Shown here piece by piece: positions 58,983 to 64,000 of a stretch of DNA of 64,000 bases. Within the stretch, counting starts at the first letter, position 1. Each line of letters begins with the position of its first letter. The DNA comes from an uncultured bacterium (GTDB taxonomy: Bacteria > Edwardsbacteria > AC1 > EtOH8): contig CAWAAX010000004.1 of NCBI GenBank assembly GCA_963780225.1, positions 1-64,000 on the forward strand, read 5' to 3'. The notes below the pieces were generated by a model that searched no databases, was not told where the DNA came from, and was given only the letters and a program-made list of their open reading frames with translations. The translations under genes and the position numbers were made by a program.

Positions 58983-59011
58983 TTGAATCCCCGTTCCATT
59001 TAGGCTATAAT
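58983..59011 (+). promoter_or_regulatory. Sigma70-type promoter
   Basis: TTGAAT-17-TATAAT, followed by an aaggtcagggt/accctgacctt 5' hairpin. Confidence 0.6.
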
Positions 59012-59103
59012 TAAAGGTCAGGGTCTTTAGGAACTTACAACCCTGACCTTAGTCATTTTACCAAAAATCCAAGCACAAATAAGCAGCAGGGAGAAAAATT
59101 CTT

Positions 59104-60918
59104 ATGGTCATGCAAATGATGCGCCGCAAAATGAAGGTCATCATGTGGGTGGTAGTGGTCACCTTCGTGGTGGGGTTCGTCTATGTCATCATGGGCACCG
59201 GCGGCAGTCTGGGAAAAAGACAGGACAAACTGGCCCGGGGCATAGCCGGCGAAGTCGGCGGACAGGAGATATCCACCCGCCAGTATCAGGAAGCCCTGAG
59301 CCGCAGCCGGGAACAGTACCGGGCCCGGTTCGGAGCCGATCCCGACGAGGCCACCTTCCGCCAGATGGAGCAGGAGGCTTGGCAGGGGCTTTTGGGATCG
59401 ATGATCATGCAAAAGGCTTACCGCCAGTATGGAATCAGGATTTACGACGATGAGATCGTTGGCATCATCAAGAACCGGCCGCCCAACGAGCTGATGCAGG
59501 ATCCCCAGCTTTTGACCAACGGCCAGTTCGATATGCAAAAATACCAGTCCATTATTTCCAATCCCCAAAACCTGGCTTGGCTGGTGAATTACGAGAACCA
59601 GCTGAGGGAACAACTGCCCCAGCAAAAGCTGAATCTGCAGGTGCTGGCCGGGGTGCGGGTGACCGACCAGGAGATAATCAAAGCCTTCCAGGATCAGAAC
59701 GAAAAGGTCAAGGCCAGCTTCATCGCAGTTGATCCGGGCAAGTACTTAAATGCTCAGGAAGAGGTAGCCTCAACTGAGATAGCAGCCTATTACAAATCGC
59801 ATCAAGACGAATTCCAGGCTCCGGAGCGGGTAAAGATGACCTTCGTATCCCTGCCCAAAGAGCCTACCGAGAGAGATTTGGCCGAACTCAAACTTAAGAT
59901 AGATGACGTCTATGCCCAGGCGGTCAAGCCCGGCGCCAATTTTGACACCCTGGCCATGGAGTACTCCGAGGATCAGGGTTCGGCTATCAACGGCGGCGAC
60001 CTGGGTTTCTTTGAAAAAGAGACCATGGACCCGGCCTTTGCCGAGGTGGCCTTCAAGCTTTTGCCCAAGCAGATATCCAAGCCATTCCAGATCAGTTTTG
60101 GCTGGCACATCGTCAAGGTGGAGGAAAGAAAGACCGAAGCCGGAAAGCTAAAAGTCCGGGCCCGTCATATCCTGCTACGTAAGCAACCGGGCGAGGAGAC
60201 CCTGTCCCAGCTGCGCGCCAAGGCCGAGTCCTTTGCGGAACGGGCAAAAACCGAGGAGTTTGAAAAGGCGGCCCAAGCAGAAGGCTTGCAGGCCACGCCC
60301 ACCGGCTTTCTGCCCCGGGGCTCCTTTATTCCCGGGCTGGGTTCCTTTCCCGAGGTTTTAAATTTTGCCTTTGACGAAAAGGCCGGGACGGTAAGCCATG
60401 TGATGGAGAACGAAGGGGCGCTGGTGGTGGTTCGGGTGCTGGAGAAGCGCAAGCAAGGGGTTCAGCCTTTGGCCGACGTGGAACAGCGCATCAAGATGAC
60501 CATCATCAGGGAACGGGCCATGGACCAGGCCAAGGCCCTGGCTCAGCAGATAAAATCAGCCATCGAGGCCGGGCAGACCATGCCGCAGGCGGCGGCTGCC
60601 GCCGGTGCCAGGTTCGACACCACCGCCCTGATAACCCGCGATGATATGGTGCCGGGAGTGGGCACCCGCAATGAATTCTCCGGCGCGGCTTTTAACCAGC
60701 CTTTGGGAATTGTCGGCAGTCCGGTGGCCACCGAATACGGGGTCTATCTGATAAAGGTGGAAAAGCACATAGTCCCCGACCAGGCTCTATTGGGACAGCA
60801 GGCGCCCCAGATCGCCCAGCAGCTTCTGCAAACTAAGCAGCGCCAAGCCATGCAGCAGTGGTATAACTATTTCCAGAGTGGGCTGAAGGTGCGGGATTAC
60901 CGGGTTTCGGGGATGTAA
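59104..60918 (+). CDS. PpiD/SurA-like parvulin peptidyl-prolyl isomerase
   Basis: N-terminal transmembrane anchor, SurA-N helices, YSEDQGSAINGGDLGFF, FGWHIVKV, RHILL. Confidence 0.88.
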   Translation: MVMQMMRRKMKVIMWVVVVTFVVGFVYVIMGTGGSLGKRQDKLARGIAGEVGGQEISTRQYQEALSRSREQYRARFGADPDEATFRQMEQEAWQGLLGSMIMQKAYRQYGIRIYDDEIVGIIKNRPPNELMQDPQLLTNGQFDMQKYQSIISNPQNLAWLVNYENQLREQLPQQKLNLQVLAGVRVTDQEIIKAFQDQNEKVKASFIAVDPGKYLNAQEEVASTEIAAYYKSHQDEFQAPERVKMTFVSLPKEPTERDLAELKLKIDDVYAQAVKPGANFDTLAMEYSEDQGSAINGGDLGFFEKETMDPAFAEVAFKLLPKQISKPFQISFGWHIVKVEERKTEAGKLKVRARHILLRKQPGEETLSQLRAKAESFAERAKTEEFEKAAQAEGLQATPTGFLPRGSFIPGLGSFPEVLNFAFDEKAGTVSHVMENEGALVVVRVLEKRKQGVQPLADVEQRIKMTIIRERAMDQAKALAQQIKSAIEAGQTMPQAAAAAGARFDTTALITRDDMVPGVGTRNEFSGAAFNQPLGIVGSPVATEYGVYLIKVEKHIVPDQALLGQQAPQIAQQLLQTKQRQAMQQWYNYFQSGLKVRDYRVSGM

Positions 60919-60937
60919 CCTCCGGTATCTGTAAATA

Positions 60938-61010
60938 AAAAACCGCCCCGCAATCCTCCTGTTTCCCGCCTTGGCGGGACACAGGAGGACAAGTCTACGG
61001 GGCGGTTTTT
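60938..61010 (+). terminator. Long nested hairpin terminator
   Basis: aaaaaccgccccg...cggggcggttttt enclosing tcctcctgt/acaggagga and tcccgcc-tt-ggcggga. Confidence 0.7.
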
Positions 61011-61073
61011 CTGTCTATAGTAACCAGAACGAATGATTGACGGCATAATGACGGAAGGGAACCAAATTGTAAC

Positions 61074-61321
61074 TGTTCAGGCCACGGGGAAATAACATCT
61101 ATATTTTAGGCTAATGCTTCTATTTTCATTGCCACGAGCGTTAGCTCGTGGTTGAAGTATCAAAAACAATCTCTTGGGGTTTAAACCCCGCTTGTCCGCC
61201 TGCGGCGGAGATGGCGAATTCATCTTCTGATACCTGCAAAGTAATCACTTTAATTCCCTCTTTGGGGCTAAAGCCCCCGGTTTTACATGATTGCTTGCCA
61301 CGACCTAAAGGTCGTGGCAAT
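61074..61321. repeat. REPIN/MITE-like palindromic element, copy 2
   Basis: Collinear with 2233-2481, same orientation. Confidence 0.85.
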
Positions 61322-61326
61322 GCTTG

Positions 61327-61444
61327 CACTGAGCGGCCCGACTGAGCTGTTAGACTGAGTTTATCGAAGCCCTGCCGATGTCCGCCGGGCTGTGTTGCTA
61401 GCCTGAGCTGTTGTCGAATCCTTATTGAAGCCAAGGTCGAAGTG
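61327..61444. repeat. Nested ctgagc...tcgaag REP-like units
   Basis: Outer cactgagc...gtcgaagtg encloses further ctgag and cgaa/cgat half-sites. Confidence 0.55.
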
Positions 61445-61685
61445 CGGTTGCTCCCCGTTGGATATCTTAATCCTACGGGGTTGACAGGCGCATCATTTAC
61501 ACTCAAGGCCTGAACAGGTACACCAAATTTTTTTTTATAATGAAGTCAGGAAAGTAGGGATTAATCAGAGTTTTCGCCGGCCAGTATTCATAGTTCGGTA
61601 TACTCACTACAAGGGGTTTCATGGTTTCATGATAAAAAGCCAGTAAAAGTAAAAAAGCCAGACCTTCGTCTGGCTTTGAATATTC

Positions 61686-61762
61686 TGGTAGCGGCTCAGG
61701 GATTTGAACCCCGGACACGCGGATTATGATTCCGCTGCTCTAACCAACTGAGCTAAGCCGCC
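61686..61762 (-). tRNA. tRNA-Met (CAT, elongator)
   Basis: GGCGGCTTAGCTCAG...gcgga-ATCATAA-tccgc...GCCGCTACCA. Confidence 0.88.
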
Positions 61763-61880
61763 ACTTTATGAAGGCCCTAAGGTCATGGTTTTCAGCTTTT
61801 AGTCCTTTGCTTTCAGTTCAAAGCAAAAGCCCAAGTAAATCTGCTTGGGCCGATGGCCTCGTCCCTAAGGCCCAATATAA

Positions 61881-61957
<77 letters not shown>

Positions 61958-61981
61958 ACGTATTTCCATAGGTAATTTATA

Positions 61982-62069
61982 ATAATACCAAACTTTGGGG
62001 CCGGTGTCAAGGTATTTCTGTCCCCCGTCTTTTTTAAAGCTTGACAAAAACCTGACTGGTATTTATAAT
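61982..62069. promoter_or_regulatory. Divergent sigma70 promoters (tRNAs on minus, HAMP gene on plus)
   Basis: Minus TTGACA-17-TATTAT (62010-61982); plus TTGACA-17-TATAAT (62041-62069). Confidence 0.75.
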
Positions 62070-62099
62070 GAAACATATATTTAAACTGCAGGAGTCCCT

Positions 62100-62933
62100 A
62101 TGACCAAAATGATCCACAGTCTCCAGACCAAACTGACCCTGAGTTTCCTCTTGCTGATAGTGGTGATCGCGGGACTGGCATTTTTCAACACCTACGACGC
62201 CACTCAAAAAGCGCTCAAAGCCCAAATGGGTTGTGAACTGCGCTCCACCGCCGCTGCGGTAGCTGCCCTGATAGACGGGGATCTGCATGCCGGGCTTAAA
62301 TCCGGTGATGAACAGAAACCCGAATATCTGTCCCTCCAAGGCCGGCTGCAGAAGATCAGGGCCAATAACCCCAATATCAAATATATTTACACCATGCGCC
62401 GTAGCGCCCAGGGGGTGGAATTTGTTGTCGATGCTGATTACGGGGTTGAGGAAGACGCGGCCTCCATCGGGCAGGTCTATGAACAGGGGCCGAATTACAA
62501 GGACCTGATGGAAGGTTTTGAGCACAACAGCGCCGACAGGGAATTTACCTCCGATGAGTGGGGGGTGGTGCTTTCAGGCTATTCTCCCCTCCGGGATTCG
62601 CTGGGGAATTCGGTAGGGCTTTTGGGGGTGGATATGGACAGCAAGGAAGTGATCGCCCGTCAGCAGTTCATTCAGAACACCATTTATTACATCATCGGTA
62701 TTGCCATACTGCTGGCCGGGATCATAGTGCTGTTATTTTCTAAAACCATCATCCGGGACATCAACAAGCTGAATCAGACAGCCACCAAGATCAGCCTGGG
62801 CCAAATGGATGTGGTCGTTGACGTCAAACGCCGGGACGAGATCGGCGATCTGGCGGAATCCTTCTCCCGGATGCAGGCCAGTTTGAAAATTATGATGAAC
62901 CAGGACGAAAACCCAAACGAAAACGAGAAATAA
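62100..62933 (+). CDS. Membrane sensor: TM, Cache-like domain, TM, HAMP; no output domain
   Basis: YIYTMR..DEWG..LSGYSPLRDS.G..VGLLGVD; RRDEIGDLAESFSRM then stop. Confidence 0.85.
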   Translation: MTKMIHSLQTKLTLSFLLLIVVIAGLAFFNTYDATQKALKAQMGCELRSTAAAVAALIDGDLHAGLKSGDEQKPEYLSLQGRLQKIRANNPNIKYIYTMRRSAQGVEFVVDADYGVEEDAASIGQVYEQGPNYKDLMEGFEHNSADREFTSDEWGVVLSGYSPLRDSLGNSVGLLGVDMDSKEVIARQQFIQNTIYYIIGIAILLAGIIVLLFSKTIIRDINKLNQTATKISLGQMDVVVDVKRRDEIGDLAESFSRMQASLKIMMNQDENPNENEK

Positions 62934-62935
62934 AG

Positions 62936-63181
62936 GTGCCGCCAGTGACAGAGCTAGCGCAAAAAGTTTTAGAGACCACCACCCCTTATCTGGGGCCGGC
63001 CTCCAAGATTTTTTTGGACCGTCAGACCAAGCGCCACATGAATGGGGTGATCTTCGATTATCTGGAAAAGGATCACCTGCCAGACCTTTCGCGTTGGGTG
63101 ATGATCTCGGCCGGACTACTGATTGATAAGAATAGGGCCAAAGAGCTGTCGGAAAAAATATCCATCCTGCAGGCAGCCTAA
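62936..63181 (+). CDS. Small helical hypothetical protein
   Basis: Starts 2 nt after the HAMP gene stop and is followed by a terminator. Confidence 0.65.
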   Translation: MPPVTELAQKVLETTTPYLGPASKIFLDRQTKRHMNGVIFDYLEKDHLPDLSRWVMISAGLLIDKNRAKELSEKISILQAA

Positions 63182-63202
63182 GGGTCTAAAATTTGATAAC
63201 GG

Positions 63203-63242
63203 AAAAAGGGCTTTCCCGGTATTTCGGGAAAGCCCTTTTTTT
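63203..63242. terminator. Bidirectional terminator
   Basis: aaaaagggctttcccg-gtattt-cgggaaagcccttttt. Confidence 0.85.
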
Positions 63243-63500
63243 GTTCATTTTATCCGCCTACGCAGAACACTACCCCGATATATCGGGGTGGATGAATGTG
63301 ATAGAAAAGACGCTTCCACCTGCGCTTACGCTTCGGCGGACAGGTCGGCGGATGTCGCTGATAACATCAAACGGATAAACCCGCCCACGGCGGGTTACCT
63401 TAGGTATTGGTACTACGCCTACGTACCTCTACTCCGGCGTACAAGCACTGCTATGCCCGTGGGGCTCCATACGAGGCCTACGGGAGTCCCTCATGGCCAG

Positions 63501-63824
63501 TTATCGTTTCCGGAGGGAGTCCGACGAATAGAAACGGTAGGAGACCTCTCCGGGCCGGACCATTCCCAGATTCTCCCGTACCATGGCCTCGATGACCAGC
63601 CGGTTTTCACTGACCAACCGGATCTCCCGCATTAGGATCTCGTTGTGGGCCAGGTTGACGAGGATCTGCCGTTTTAAGGAGGTCTGCCGTTTGTGCATTT
63701 TCAGCATCTTGATCCAGCCGTAATTTCCCAAGCCAAAGGAAACCACCACCACTCCGGTGACTCCCAGGATCAGGGCCAGCAACAGCTTTTGGCGGAATTT
63801 TTTATTTTTGGCCGAACGGCTCAT
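63501..63824 (-). CDS. ftsB: Septum formation initiator FtsB/DivIC family
   Basis: Transmembrane helix, coiled coil, IEAMVRENLGMVRPGE; directly downstream of eno. Confidence 0.85.
   Translation of the reverse strand: MSRSAKNKKFRQKLLLALILGVTGVVVVSFGLGNYGWIKMLKMHKRQTSLKRQILVNLAHNEILMREIRLVSENRLVIEAMVRENLGMVRPGEVSYRFYSSDSLRKR

Positions 63825-64000
<176 letters not shown>

Noticed and set aside
63400..63500. 6S RNA, SRP RNA or tmRNA
   Set aside because: No diagnostic motif of these RNAs could be recognised by eye.

Overview
A 64 kb bacterial chromosomal segment, mostly GC-rich housekeeping genes with AT-richer accessory patches. By inference only, it resembles an FCB-associated candidate-phylum diderm such as TA06/Edwardsbacteria, based on secreted enzymes with FlgD-Ig/T9SS-like tails and DUF4159/DUF4175/DUF5916 genes. 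Core genes: pcrA/uvrD, htpX, rsgA, a CCA-adding-type enzyme, tig, clpP, an M18 aminopeptidase, a PpiD-like chaperone, ftsB and the 3' end of eno. There are four tRNAs: Ile2-CAT, Leu-TAG, Met-CAT and fMet-CAT. Main observations: (1) a minus-strand cluster (43-aa ORF, rsgA, heterodimeric ABC exporter, VmlR/Vga-like ABC-F) preceded by a 27-codon leader peptide and two tandem terminators with alternative pairings, plus a second MILIF uORF before the ABC-F, a candidate antibiotic-responsive ribosome-rescue module; (2) three tandem secreted M28 peptidase-FN3-FlgD genes with a mosaic, gene-conversion-like pattern; (3) many REP/REPIN-like palindromes and 7-8 nt repeat tracts, some nested and some in frame inside genes, with a RAYT-type transposase; (4) an AT-rich omptin-like gene with both catalytic motifs, a multi-ACT protein with no visible catalytic domain, a Cys-rich sensor kinase coupled to a PflX-type radical SAM gene, and an output-less HAMP sensor with a small partner. 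Two frameshifted loci (copA at the window start and a DUF4175-like gene) are more likely sequencing or assembly errors than real pseudogenes. No CRISPR array, integrase, prophage or rRNA was seen. All family calls come from motif recognition by eye, not from database searches.
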